A stretch of DNA of 64,000 nucleotides from Escherichia phage 235Ecol030PP. The notes beneath the pieces are model-generated. The model was not told the DNA's origin and did no database searches. It saw only the letters and a program-made list of their open reading frames with translations. A program made the position numbers and the translations under genes. How positions within the stretch are numbered: position 1 is the first letter of the stretch; every line of letters starts with the position of its first letter. This document shows, piece by piece, positions 10,087 to 18,967 of the stretch. The stretch lies in sequence record PP355091.1. One strand, written 5' to 3'.

Positions 10087-10833
10087 TTATCCTCGGATAA
10101 GTTTAAAAATTGAACAATTTAGCGGGTATCCTCTTTTCAGTTTAAGTTTATCAATAAAAGACAAGTTTTGATACCGCTCTACACCTTGAATAATTTTATC
10201 ACACATATCATATTGCATTTCTGCTTCTGACAACTTTTTCACAATTTTCCAATCCGAGCCTTTAAGAAGAACGTTCAATTTAACAACTTCAGCGCCTTCG
10301 GCTATGCGAGAACCATCAATACGTGCTTTAAGTGCTATAATCCTTAGCTTAATGTCAGAGGTCTGTTTTGATTTAGAAAGCTGAGAAATGTGTTCAATTC
10401 GGTTTTCACGTTTTTTCTGTATAGCTTTAATTTGATTATAAGTCTTTTTGATTTTAGCCCATTTCTTTTCATCTAAATTTAGTTTATGAACTTTTTTCGC
10501 AGATGAACGACCAATTCGCAAAGCAAATAAATCACGCTTTTCAATCAACTCTTCTAAAGTATAATCAGAACGAAATGTATTATACTTTTTCTTTACTGCA
10601 ATAACATTCCCTTTAATGTATCCAACGTTATTATCAAAACGTTCTAATGATAATTTCTCTCCTTCAATACGATTATCAAAAGGTTCTCCCGAGTAAGCAC
10701 AAACTTTCTGATCTAAAATGTTCTTAATGTAATTGAAGTCTAAGTTAAAATCTTTAGAACGTCTTTTTGCAGATGCCTGAGTATGCTCTAAACGACGTTT
10801 AATTTTACGAATTTGATTATTAGACAGCTTCAT
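10087..10833 (-). CDS. hypothetical basic protein, 248 aa (position of T4 srd)
   Basis: Lys/Arg-rich ORF downstream of modA; assignment by position only. Confidence 0.55.
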   Translation of the reverse strand: MKLSNNQIRKIKRRLEHTQASAKRRSKDFNLDFNYIKNILDQKVCAYSGEPFDNRIEGEKLSLERFDNNVGYIKGNVIAVKKKYNTFRSDYTLEELIEKRDLFALRIGRSSAKKVHKLNLDEKKWAKIKKTYNQIKAIQKKRENRIEHISQLSKSKQTSDIKLRIIALKARIDGSRIAEGAEVVKLNVLLKGSDWKIVKKLSEAEMQYDMCDKIIQGVERYQNLSFIDKLKLKRGYPLNCSIFKLIRG

Positions 10834-10914
10834 ATTTTTCTCACATCTTACGGTCGGTTAACTACTTATACTATAACATTTTTACCTTAACTTGTAAACA
10901 ACTTTATGTAAAAA

Positions 10915-10939
10915 TGCTTTAAAACTTTCATGGTATAAT
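10915..10939 (+). promoter_or_regulatory. plus-strand MotA-box middle promoter candidate, antisense to modA
   Basis: plus-strand TGCTTTA-12nt-TGGTATAAT. Confidence 0.35.
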
Positions 10940-10956
10940 GAATCTAAGTCCTTCCA

Positions 10957-11559
10957 TTATAGATTAAATCCTTCAAAATCAAGAGTATAGATAGTATATG
11001 TTGAATACTTTTTGTACTCATATCTATCTGCAATTCTAAATACACTTCCAGCTGGTATCATTACTTCTTGTTCATCTGAAACTAATTCCATATTACGATA
11101 ACGATGGCTATCCGGAAACTTAAAGTTTGGATTGTATTCTTTACAGCGTAGAGCTTTTATAGCATACTCCTGGAAATTGAATACCATAGGAGCTTTGAAT
11201 TCAAAAATAACTTGTGTGTTATACTCTAAACCAGAAGCAAAATGTAGAGCTATATTTTTATCATATGAAGCTGATACTACTTTATCAAATGTAATAATAT
11301 CAATTCCTTGATTTAACACTTGCTTAGTCTCGACTGGAACACCTCTCCAAAGAGGTTTATCGTTTGGTTCCAAACGAGATTTGATTATTTCATTTAACCA
11401 AGTATGGTCATCTGGTTTGTTGGTAATACAATGAATTAAAAGTTCAATTTCAGATAAATTAAACCCTTCAGAAAGTAATTCTTCACGAATAGAAGCACGC
11501 ACCGATGCATCCATTGATTTTATTTTAAAATCTTTTAGTTGCATTACTGAGTATTTCAT
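10957..11559 (-). CDS. modA: ADP-ribosyltransferase (R-S-ExE type), 200 aa
   Basis: ART triad: LWRG, SASYD, DEQEVMIP; size 200 aa matches ModA; which of the pair is modA vs modB is by size only. Confidence 0.6.
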   Translation of the reverse strand: MKYSVMQLKDFKIKSMDASVRASIREELLSEGFNLSEIELLIHCITNKPDDHTWLNEIIKSRLEPNDKPLWRGVPVETKQVLNQGIDIITFDKVVSASYDKNIALHFASGLEYNTQVIFEFKAPMVFNFQEYAIKALRCKEYNPNFKFPDSHRYRNMELVSDEQEVMIPAGSVFRIADRYEYKKYSTYTIYTLDFEGFNL

Positions 11560-12179
11560 TCAACTACCTCAATATCATAAACTTTAAATGTTCCAAATGA
11601 ATCGTGTAATTTTTCTTTTGAAATAGAAGTTATTTTATACTTTCCAATTGGAATCATCCATTCTTGTTCACGCACAATCATCATTAAGTTATCAGTACGC
11701 TCTGAATCTAGCCCATCAGTATCTTCATACGTGTACTTAAACTCAGTATTAGGAGAAGAAAGTATAATATCGCTGATATGGTCAGAATAATTAAAAGCTT
11801 TATCAGTTTTTAAGCGAAGTATTATTTTAGTAAAATATTCAGCGTAAGAAAAAGAACATGCTGTGAGCAAACTAGTAGTAAATGAATCTACTCTATTCGT
11901 TGAAAACACTTCTCCAACTTGTAAATCTTTAATAAGTTCTTCTGTTGATTTTGATATACCACGATATAACTGATAAGGTGATTTAGTTAAATGCTTTTTA
12001 ATGATTTTATTCAATTGCCGATGAAGAGCTTCATTCTTTTTGGCTTCCATACATTGCCAAAGAACAGACTGCTCAAAATCAGTAAATTTTTCACAGACCT
12101 TTTTATACATATCATATTGAAAATCAACGCTTTCAGCTTTTATAGATAACTGTTCAACATCTGCAAGATTAATAATCAT
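11556..12179 (-). CDS. modB: ADP-ribosyltransferase paralog, 207 aa
   Basis: ART triad: LYRG, FSTNR, REQEWMIP; paralog of the adjacent gene. Confidence 0.6.
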   Translation of the reverse strand: MIINLADVEQLSIKAESVDFQYDMYKKVCEKFTDFEQSVLWQCMEAKKNEALHRQLNKIIKKHLTKSPYQLYRGISKSTEELIKDLQVGEVFSTNRVDSFTTSLLTACSFSYAEYFTKIILRLKTDKAFNYSDHISDIILSSPNTEFKYTYEDTDGLDSERTDNLMMIVREQEWMIPIGKYKITSISKEKLHDSFGTFKVYDIEVVE

Positions 12180-12205
12180 GATAGCCTCCGTATACTTCAG
12201 AAGCT

Positions 12206-12235
12206 ATCATATCATCGTTAGGAAGGAAAGTAAAC
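12206..12235 (-). promoter_or_regulatory. T4-type early promoter
   Basis: GTTTAC...TATGAT. Confidence 0.5.
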
Positions 12236-12246
12236 AACTTTTTGAA

Positions 12247-12429
12247 TTATTTTGCCCAGGGAGCCCAAGGCGGAGGGTCAAGATGGTATGAAGCTAGTTC
12301 TTCTAGAAGAGCATCTGGGGCTTCAATTCCATAATTCTGTAATACTATACGGTACTCTTTCTTATAATCACTGGAATCATTCTGGATATTCGTAGAATGA
12401 TTATCTTCTAACATCTCAAATAAATCCAT
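12247..12429 (-). CDS. hypothetical protein, 60 aa
   Basis: ORF downstream of an early promoter. Confidence 0.45.
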   Translation of the reverse strand: MDLFEMLEDNHSTNIQNDSSDYKKEYRIVLQNYGIEAPDALLEELASYHLDPPPWAPWAK

Positions 12430-12437
12430 ATTAATTC

Positions 12438-12908
12438 CTAGCGATAAAAACCAAAATGACGATTAGCTTCAGCAATCTTTCTTTCTTCTTCGGACATTCT
12501 CCAGCGTAGTCCAACATCAAAATGAGCCCAGACCATCCTAACAAATGCATTTATATCTTTAATATCTTCAATAATGAATGTTTTACTTTTAGAAGGTTGA
12601 CTCGCTAATTTAACTTTATCGTCTTCAAACATGTCAAAAAGACCATATTCATGAGCTCTTTTATAGCCTTTAATAGTTAAAGCTTCAGAAGAAGAAAATG
12701 GTGAATCTGTATTCTGCAAAATATCTTCAGTATGCTTTATAATTAGAATAATATTTTCTGGATATTTTCTTTCTTTTATATCTTTAATTAAAAAATCCGG
12801 ATTTTCTGCTAAAGGAATAATTAACGAGCAATTTTTATCAAGTGTATTTACTGATTTACCTTCTTTAGACATAAATTCTATTGAATAATGTTTTGCTACT
12901 TCAATCAT
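12438..12908 (-). CDS. hypothetical protein, 156 aa
   Basis: ORF. Confidence 0.55.
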   Translation of the reverse strand: MIEVAKHYSIEFMSKEGKSVNTLDKNCSLIIPLAENPDFLIKDIKERKYPENIILIIKHTEDILQNTDSPFSSSEALTIKGYKRAHEYGLFDMFEDDKVKLASQPSKSKTFIIEDIKDINAFVRMVWAHFDVGLRWRMSEEERKIAEANRHFGFYR

Positions 12909-13061
12909 GGGATTTCCTTTTGCCTACTAATGGACCATCGGGAATTTTGTTTTCCTGGATATATTTCTCATTTTCTTCCATCATTTTACTGCCAATTTTA
13001 AGAAGCAAATCCATTGCTTCATTTGCTTTAGCCTTTGCCTCTTCTAACGTCATATCTTTGC

Positions 13062-13265
13062 TCATGATTTATCACCATAGATGTCTCTCATCAATTTAAG
13101 CGCTGAGCGTTCTAATTTCTTTTCTTTCTCAGCACTAATCATTGATTTCATCCATTCTTCCGATTCGTTCTGCATTTCTTTATTTGCTTGTTCAACCCAA
13201 CCATCATCAATGTACATTGAGTTTGGTCTATTGAACCATTCAAACATTTTCTTCAGAACTTTCAT
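13062..13265 (-). CDS. hypothetical protein, 67 aa
   Basis: ORF. Confidence 0.45.
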   Translation of the reverse strand: MKVLKKMFEWFNRPNSMYIDDGWVEQANKEMQNESEEWMKSMISAEKEKKLERSALKLMRDIYGDKS

Positions 13266-13725
13266 TTATTTTACCTAAAACAATAGTAGGAGCATCGTCA
13301 AATTCATGAATTTTTAGCAATTTTGGATTTAAATTATTCCATACATAATAAATGAAGTATGATAAAGCATCTTCACTCGCAATTATAAATTTATTTCCTT
13401 TATCTATTTTCCAGTCATATACTGAATCGTACGAATAAAAAGATAAAGGGTTATCATTATACTGTTCTGCGCTAACATTAATGTATTCGGATTTAGTAAA
13501 TGCTTCAATTGCTCTAAACGGACTATTTGGCACAGTTTCAATAATTCCGATCTTTTTAAGTTTTATTTCAACATCTTCTGGAACTGGCATTGAAACGAAA
13601 TTTTCTACGAGATACATAGGGTTACAATAACCCTTATCAATCACTACGGCTACAGTAATTGGAACATCTTTAGCAAACGACATGCTATTACTGCTAATAT
13701 ACATTTCAAATAAAATCGCTTCCAT
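13240..13725 (-). CDS. hypothetical protein, ~161 aa (start trimmed)
   Basis: ORF; internal Met chosen to remove overlap with upstream gene. Confidence 0.5.
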   Translation of the reverse strand: MEAILFEMYISSNSMSFAKDVPITVAVVIDKGYCNPMYLVENFVSMPVPEDVEIKLKKIGIIETVPNSPFRAIEAFTKSEYINVSAEQYNDNPLSFYSYDSVYDWKIDKGNKFIIASEDALSYFIYYVWNNLNPKLLKIHEFDDAPTIVLGKINESSEENV

Positions 13726-13733
13726 AATTTTCC

Positions 13734-14228
13734 TCAATCGCAAGATGTAGATGAACAACCAGAATCACAAGAACTTCCACATGAATCACCAGTCCAAGAA
13801 CTAACAGCCGTGGCTGTTATAATAGGAGCGGTATCGATATAGCTTTCTGAACGTCTTGAATCTAAATGTTCTTTTAACTTTTTAGAATTCAATGGAAGCG
13901 CACCTGCACCAACATTACCAGCTTTTTCTGGTTGACGAATAATTTCTTCCATCGTATCGTCGCTCGCATAAACATTAGTATCATATGAATCAGAACTAGA
14001 CTGTGTATTAGATGATGTAGTAGGTACTGACCAGCGCCAAGGATTTTTATAATATTCTTGGGCTTCTTCATAAGTCATAGTAACTGCTTCTACTGTTCCA
14101 TCTCCCATATAAACATACTCAACTACAGTTAAAGGAAGGTAGTCATTTGAAATAGGAACTACACCTTCTCCAGGAGTTGTAGAGAAAAAATCCGTAAAGA
14201 AACTTTTAAACCAATTAAAGATAAACAT
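13734..14228 (-). CDS. hypothetical protein with Cys/Ser-rich C-terminal tail, 164 aa
   Basis: C-terminus [22 protein letters not shown]. Confidence 0.55.
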   Translation of the reverse strand: MFIFNWFKSFFTDFFSTTPGEGVVPISNDYLPLTVVEYVYMGDGTVEAVTMTYEEAQEYYKNPWRWSVPTTSSNTQSSSDSYDTNVYASDDTMEEIIRQPEKAGNVGAGALPLNSKKLKEHLDSRRSESYIDTAPIITATAVSSWTGDSCGSSCDSGCSSTSCD

Positions 14229-14434
14229 TACAAAAAGCCTCTCTTGAATTCGACTTGCTTTTCACCATAATCATATCGAATCTCTGCATTAAATTCAACA
14301 GAACCATCTGCGTACATCATAAATGAATGCACAACAACTTCTGTAGACCATGGTTGTAGTTCATATTTCTTCATTACATGTCGTGAAATGATAATATCTA
14401 AATCTTCATTTGGTTTAATCCAGCGATTTAACAT
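14228..14434 (-). CDS. hypothetical protein, 68 aa
   Basis: ORF downstream of early promoter at 14461-14490. Confidence 0.5.
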   Translation of the reverse strand: MLNRWIKPNEDLDIIISRHVMKKYELQPWSTEVVVHSFMMYADGSVEFNAEIRYDYGEKQVEFKRGFL

Positions 14435-14460
14435 AGTGCTCTCCTCTATAAGATAATTCT

Positions 14461-14490
14461 ATTATACCATACTCATTTTGGAAAGTAAAC
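14461..14490 (-). promoter_or_regulatory. T4-type early promoter
   Basis: GTTTAC-18nt-TATAAT. Confidence 0.7.
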
Positions 14491-14500
14491 CATTTAAATG

Positions 14501-14525
14501 AAAAAAAGGACTCCCGAAGGAGTCC
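14501..14525 (-). terminator. rho-independent terminator after soc
   Basis: GGACUCC-UUCG-GGAGUCC hairpin followed by U7 on the minus-strand RNA. Confidence 0.7.
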
Positions 14526-14533
14526 TTGAATTA

Positions 14534-14770
14534 TTAACCACCTATTGATGTAGGCGTAAACATTGCAGCATTCTTAGTTTTCCAAGTTGCTGCATCGGAA
14601 ACTACATCAGAATATGCTGCCTTTTCAGAAGGAAAGGTCTGATAATGAGAATCTGCAATACGATGCTCGTTAGAATAGATTTCAAATGGAACAGAAACTT
14701 CCATACCTTTAACTTCTTTGCCTTCACCCGCTGGATGAGTAAAGGTCTTGATGTTAACGAAACCACCCAT
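14534..14770 (-). CDS. soc: small outer capsid protein Soc (RB69-like variant), 78 aa
   Basis: MGGFVNIKTF...HYQTFPSEKAAY matches Soc family; late promoter TATAAATA upstream; terminator downstream. Confidence 0.8.
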   Translation of the reverse strand: MGGFVNIKTFTHPAGEGKEVKGMEVSVPFEIYSNEHRIADSHYQTFPSEKAAYSDVVSDAATWKTKNAAMFTPTSIGG

Positions 14771-14801
14771 AATAAACTCCTTTATTGTTTAATTACAGGT
14801 G

Positions 14802-14809
14802 TATTTATA
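14802..14809 (-). promoter_or_regulatory. late promoter (TATAAATA) for soc
   Basis: exact TATAAATA on minus strand ~35 nt upstream of soc ATG. Confidence 0.65.
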
Positions 14810-14951
14810 ACTTACAATTTAGCGGCTTTCCAGAGTTGTTCAATAATCTCTTGGTCTATTTCTTTAGTTATTTCATTACGTAATAAAGCAGTAAGGGCTT
14901 TCGCCCTTTTCTTATTCAACTTTTTGAGTTGGCGTTTATTTAAACGGGACA

Positions 14952-15470
14952 TTAATAACCTCGGTCTTGACGTGCGAAATTTTCAGCATTTTTCAGATAA
15001 TAAAGTTTAAAGATTTCTTCTGCTGTAAGACCAAGACCCTGGAACATATTCAGAACGAAATGAAGAATATCAATCATTTCGAATTTAATTTCCAACTGGT
15101 CTTGTGGAGACAAATCAGTAATCAGAGTTTCACGTCGTTCACCATGTTGTGCCTTCCACGGCTTCCATACACTGCTGGCGGCTTTTTCACCATTGCTCAT
15201 ACCACCAAGTGAAGTCAGCAGTTCACGGAATTCATCATCAATATAATCTTTCTGATTACGCAGCCAATCAACAACATCACCAGCAGTGGCCAATTCATCA
15301 GGATGTTTGTTATGTTTAGGCTTGTCATTTGCCAGACGAACCTGTAGAGATTTCTGCATGTCAAGCATTACCTGCAGCGGGTCTTTTTCATCACCGAGAA
15401 TATCCCAATATTCATTTTGAGCTTTATCAGCGCCTTCGATCAGATGACTACATTCGTTGAAATGTGGCAT
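14952..15470 (-). CDS. 56: dCTP pyrophosphatase (MazG-like), 172 aa
   Basis: size and position between soc and primase region; MazG-like helical fold assumed; recalled T4 gp56 ~171 aa. Confidence 0.7.
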   Translation of the reverse strand: MPHFNECSHLIEGADKAQNEYWDILGDEKDPLQVMLDMQKSLQVRLANDKPKHNKHPDELATAGDVVDWLRNQKDYIDDEFRELLTSLGGMSNGEKAASSVWKPWKAQHGERRETLITDLSPQDQLEIKFEMIDILHFVLNMFQGLGLTAEEIFKLYYLKNAENFARQDRGY

Positions 15471-15471
15471 G

Positions 15472-16122
15472 TTATTTTTCCTTTCTTATGAAGTTTTCTA
15501 TCATATGTCTATAGCAGATATTAGGATAACCTGCCTTGACAGCTATTTTATTAAATTTTGTGCGCTTAGGTCTATTATTATAAACCCACAACTCGTAAAG
15601 CGAATCATACGAATTCCATATCTCACCACGTCTTGGATTCGGTAAACCATATCGAGGTGAATTTTTACCGCTAAATCTTCCTTTTCGGGCTTTACTCATA
15701 TTAGCCTTGGCTTCATCGGATATAATTTTACCTTTATGAGCTAGACGCATTTTAGCCTTAGTTTCTTCAGGTGTTTTTAACCCCTTTATCCACGATGGTT
15801 TTCCAAACCTTGGATTATTTTCACCCGAGAAAAGAGCAGAGTTTTGGATTTTAAGAGTTTCTATTAATCTACTTGTTAATTTAACACCTTTATTATATCG
15901 CATTAAATTTACAGCATAATGCAATCCTCTCACATCTGGATATATTTTAGTTAATAATCTATGAGCTATAAAATGCTCACGCGCAGTTAACTCAACAAGA
16001 TTGTTTTTGCCATCTTCTCCTCCCATACATCTAGGAATTATATGATGGCGTTCTTTATATCCGCCAAGATTCCGGCATTTAGCTTTTGTAATTAAAGCCG
16101 AGTAAATTTTTTGGTAATTCAC
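15472..16122 (-). CDS. HNH (His-Me finger) homing endonuclease with NUMOD3-like repeats, 216 aa, GTG start
   Basis: motif ERHHIIP...N...EHFIAH; basic GK/KG repeats; C-terminal helix-turn-helix-like tail also seen in the other endonuclease ORFs in this window. Confidence 0.7.
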   Translation of the reverse strand: MNYQKIYSALITKAKCRNLGGYKERHHIIPRCMGGEDGKNNLVELTAREHFIAHRLLTKIYPDVRGLHYAVNLMRYNKGVKLTSRLIETLKIQNSALFSGENNPRFGKPSWIKGLKTPEETKAKMRLAHKGKIISDEAKANMSKARKGRFSGKNSPRYGLPNPRRGEIWNSYDSLYELWVYNNRPKRTKFNKIAVKAGYPNICYRHMIENFIRKEK

Positions 16123-16155
16123 ATATATCCTTTCAATTCATGGGTTAGTAGATTA

Positions 16156-16179
16156 ATTATACAATAAATATATAAAGCA
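16156..16179 (-). promoter_or_regulatory. MotA-box middle promoter candidate (TGCTTTA-11nt-TATAAT) upstream of the HNH gene and gene 56
   Basis: minus-strand TGCTTTA followed 11 nt later by TATAAT. Confidence 0.5.
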
Positions 16180-16192
16180 ATAAGGAGGATAT

Positions 16193-16393
16193 ATGGTACA
16201 AAAATTAATGGCACTTGTTAATGCCATCAAAGGTAATAAAAAGCGTATAGCTTTTACTATTTCTGCTATGGTAGGAATTTTACTCTGGAACTTTATTTTA
16301 TCACCTGTTGCTATTGCTCATGGCGTTAGTATTCCAGTAGTTACTCTTGATACATTCGTAGATTTAGCATTTGCTTTAGTTGGGTTAATTTAA
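16193..16393 (+). CDS. plus-strand small hydrophobic protein, 66 aa (putative 2-TM membrane peptide)
   Basis: strong SD AAGGAGG 4 nt before ATG; hydrophobic segments; lone plus-strand ORF in a minus-strand region. Confidence 0.4.
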   Translation: MVQKLMALVNAIKGNKKRIAFTISAMVGILLWNFILSPVAIAHGVSIPVVTLDTFVDLAFALVGLI

Positions 16394-17418
16394 ATCTTAG
16401 CATATTTAGATAGCCGCATTTTAGCCATTAACCCCTGGGCAATATTATTTTTCATATATTCCATAATTTGTTCAGGGGTTGCACCTTCCTTTCTAATCAT
16501 ATCATTAACATCTTTTGATTTCCAGGGAGATTTATCCCAAAACATAACCCTTTCTCCTGCATCAACTAATTTAGTCATTCGCTTAATAGTGTCAGGATGA
16601 CGAGGTTCATTATCTAAAACCCACACTCGTCTATCTTTAAATGGAACAACTTCTAGGTCTAATTGACCACCCGTAATAGCTATACCATTTTCAATAAAAA
16701 GTGAATCTATAGGTCCTTCTAGAACATATACATCGCCATCTTTAACTCGTTCGACTCCATAGATTTTTGTTGCTTCAGGATAAGCTTTGATGGTGATATA
16801 TTTTTGAGGAGCATCTTTCTTTAATGCACGTCCTTGAAAAGACTCAGCTTTTCCATTAGCATTATAAATTGGAATAACAAGACGAGGCTCAGAAATTTCC
16901 TTTTTATATGTTCCCGGTGCTATGCTATTAACCAATTTAGGCCATTCGGTTGTAAACCAAAGATATTTCCATTTATCCTTTGGAATACAACGAGCTTTTA
17001 CGTATTTTATAATTGGATGGTCTTCCGCCAATTTATCTAATCTAACGCATGACGGAAGAGATTTAATTATTTTCTTTTCAGGTTGTTTAGGAAGTTCTTT
17101 AGGTTTTTCTACTGGACGACTTTTACCTTTTTCTTTTCTTATTTCAAAGATATACTCACGATATAAATCAGGTTCAAACTCCTTTAAATATATTCCGATT
17201 GGTGCATGATAATTACAGTTATAACAATGAATATTTCCTTCATTATTATCACCATAATACCATCCACGGGCTTTATTTTGGTCGGTTTTTGAATCTCCAC
17301 ACACTGGGCATCTAAACCGTAATTTAAAAGTTGAACTATTATTTACTTGTGTGAATTTAGGTAAATGAGCTAATGCACGGTATGCAAACTCATTATCAAT
17401 CCAAGGTATTGATGACAT
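16390..17418 (-). CDS. 61: DNA primase (zinc ribbon + Toprim), 342 aa
   Basis: CPVCGD...CYNC zinc ribbon, Toprim acidic motifs; size matches gp61. Confidence 0.9.
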   Translation of the reverse strand: MSSIPWIDNEFAYRALAHLPKFTQVNNSSTFKLRFRCPVCGDSKTDQNKARGWYYGDNNEGNIHCYNCNYHAPIGIYLKEFEPDLYREYIFEIRKEKGKSRPVEKPKELPKQPEKKIIKSLPSCVRLDKLAEDHPIIKYVKARCIPKDKWKYLWFTTEWPKLVNSIAPGTYKKEISEPRLVIPIYNANGKAESFQGRALKKDAPQKYITIKAYPEATKIYGVERVKDGDVYVLEGPIDSLFIENGIAITGGQLDLEVVPFKDRRVWVLDNEPRHPDTIKRMTKLVDAGERVMFWDKSPWKSKDVNDMIRKEGATPEQIMEYMKNNIAQGLMAKMRLSKYAKI

Positions 17419-17583
17419 TTTTACTCTTCTTTTTCTTTAGATTCCTCTTTTTTCTTTTTAGGAATCTGTTCAGGACCTTTATTTACTACAGCGCCTGATG
17501 TTGTTCCAGTAGAGATATTTTCAGGACTACCACCTGAATCTCCAGCGACCATATCTTCTTTGATAAATTCTTTATATGTTTTC
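17419..17583 (-). CDS. small acidic/basic protein, 54 aa (position of T4 61.1)
   Basis: hand-translated ORF MKTYKEFIKEDM...; below track cutoff. Confidence 0.4.
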
Positions 17584-17586
17584 ATA

Positions 17587-18213
17587 TTAACCTCTATTCA
17601 TAAAAGCATTAAAAATTTGGTCATCAATAGAAACATTTGCTTTAGACTGTTTTTCGGATGGTAATTCATATCCACATATTACAATTTTATGATCAATATC
17701 AAAATACACAGAAGCAATATGATTAATGCTGTTTTCAGTAAAGTCTAAATCAACATCAATATCTTTTTGACCACAGCCCAAAGGATAAATAATGCGAGTA
17801 ATTCGATTATCTTTAACAAAGATTCCACCGACATACTCTGTGCTGCGTTTAAAGTCTACACGCCGACGAAATGAAAAATATTCAGGCTCTTTATGAGCTC
17901 GGCTCATAGGGCATAACGAATAACTAGAATAAGAGATGTCAAATCCTACGCCTTCAATATGAACTAAATTGTCATGATTAAACCAATTATAATCATATGC
18001 CAAGTCCATTAGATTGTCATATGTGAAAGGCACCGGATTAACATCATTGGTCACAAGCATATAATTAGCAACTGCTATAATTTCATTATTTTTAACGAAT
18101 ACAAACCGTGATTGATGCGAATGGCCTGGACCTGCGTTTTCACGATTAATGATATAACACTGGGCACCTTTATATTTGTATGTATCTTTGCACTTGTGCA
18201 TTTGATAAAGCAT
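17587..18213 (-). CDS. hypothetical protein, 208 aa (position of T4 61.2)
   Basis: ORF; its first 39 codons and 5' leader are duplicated in tandem upstream. Confidence 0.7.
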   Translation of the reverse strand: MLYQMHKCKDTYKYKGAQCYIINRENAGPGHSHQSRFVFVKNNEIIAVANYMLVTNDVNPVPFTYDNLMDLAYDYNWFNHDNLVHIEGVGFDISYSSYSLCPMSRAHKEPEYFSFRRRVDFKRSTEYVGGIFVKDNRITRIIYPLGCGQKDIDVDLDFTENSINHIASVYFDIDHKIVICGYELPSEKQSKANVSIDDQIFNAFMNRG

Positions 18214-18377
18214 TATTCACCTACCACTTCAGCGATCGAATACAAACCGTGATTGATGCGAATGGCCTGGACCTGCGTTTTCACGATTAATGATATAACA
18301 CTGGGCACCTTTATATTTGTATGTATCTTTGCACTTGTGCATTTGATAAAGCATTATTCACCTACCACTTCAGCGAT
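18096..18377. repeat. perfect tandem direct repeat, 2 x 141 bp (18096-18236 and 18237-18377)
   Basis: the two copies are identical base-for-base on inspection. Confidence 0.95.
18238..18354 (-). pseudogene. truncated duplicate of the 5' end of the 208-aa gene (41-codon reading frame)
   Basis: inside repeat copy 2; ATG overlaps the stop of the spackle-like gene; frame closes after 41 codons at the repeat junction. Confidence 0.6.
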
Positions 18378-18647
18378 GATATTTTTATTATTAAAGTTTT
18401 TATCGCAATACAGAACATAATTATACTGCATTACACCACCAGACTTAAGCTGTTTTTGCACTTCAGCTTTCATTTCAGGACGATCACGCTTAACGATATT
18501 CATAATATCTGCTTCAATTTGAGTTTCAACCTCAGTCTGATCTGCAGTCATAGACCATTCGCACAAATCTTTATCATAACCTGCCATAGCAGGCTGAGCA
18601 GCACAAGAAGCTAAAGCAAAAATTGTAGCAAAGATAAATTTTTTCAT
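18354..18647 (-). CDS. sp: periplasmic protein with signal peptide, 97 aa (spackle-like, position of T4 61.3)
   Basis: signal peptide MKKFIFATIFALASCAAQPAMA; SD GAGGAG; size 97 aa matches spackle. Confidence 0.65.
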   Translation of the reverse strand: MKKFIFATIFALASCAAQPAMAGYDKDLCEWSMTADQTEVETQIEADIMNIVKRDRPEMKAEVQKQLKSGGVMQYNYVLYCDKNFNNKNIIAEVVGE

Positions 18648-18676
18648 GATTAATCTCCTCAGTAGTTTATGTTTAT

Positions 18677-18706
18677 ATAGTATCTCAATTTCCAATAAAA
18701 GTAAAC
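18677..18706 (-). promoter_or_regulatory. T4-type early promoter
   Basis: GTTTAC-18nt-TACTAT. Confidence 0.55.
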
Positions 18707-18708
18707 AG

Positions 18709-18966
18709 TTATTTTAAAACTTTTGCGTAATCACATGTTACAAACTGTTTCTCTAGCTTAACGATCTTACGAAAATACCTTTTACACTGACGAATCTGCC
18801 GCTTCGTAGGACGTACAACAAACTTAATAAATTCCACTCGACCAGATGGAGGACTTTCTTCTGGTGGAATATCTAGCACCAATTCCCACGTATCTGCAAT
18901 AAGTGCTTTGAATTGAGTATTTTTCCTGACGTTATACGGAGTAGGTTTAAATAAAACAATATGCAT
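18709..18966 (-). CDS. hypothetical basic protein, 85 aa (position of T4 61.4)
   Basis: ORF; positional assignment only. Confidence 0.55.
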   Translation of the reverse strand: MHIVLFKPTPYNVRKNTQFKALIADTWELVLDIPPEESPPSGRVEFIKFVVRPTKRQIRQCKRYFRKIVKLEKQFVTCDYAKVLK

Positions 18967-18967
18967 A

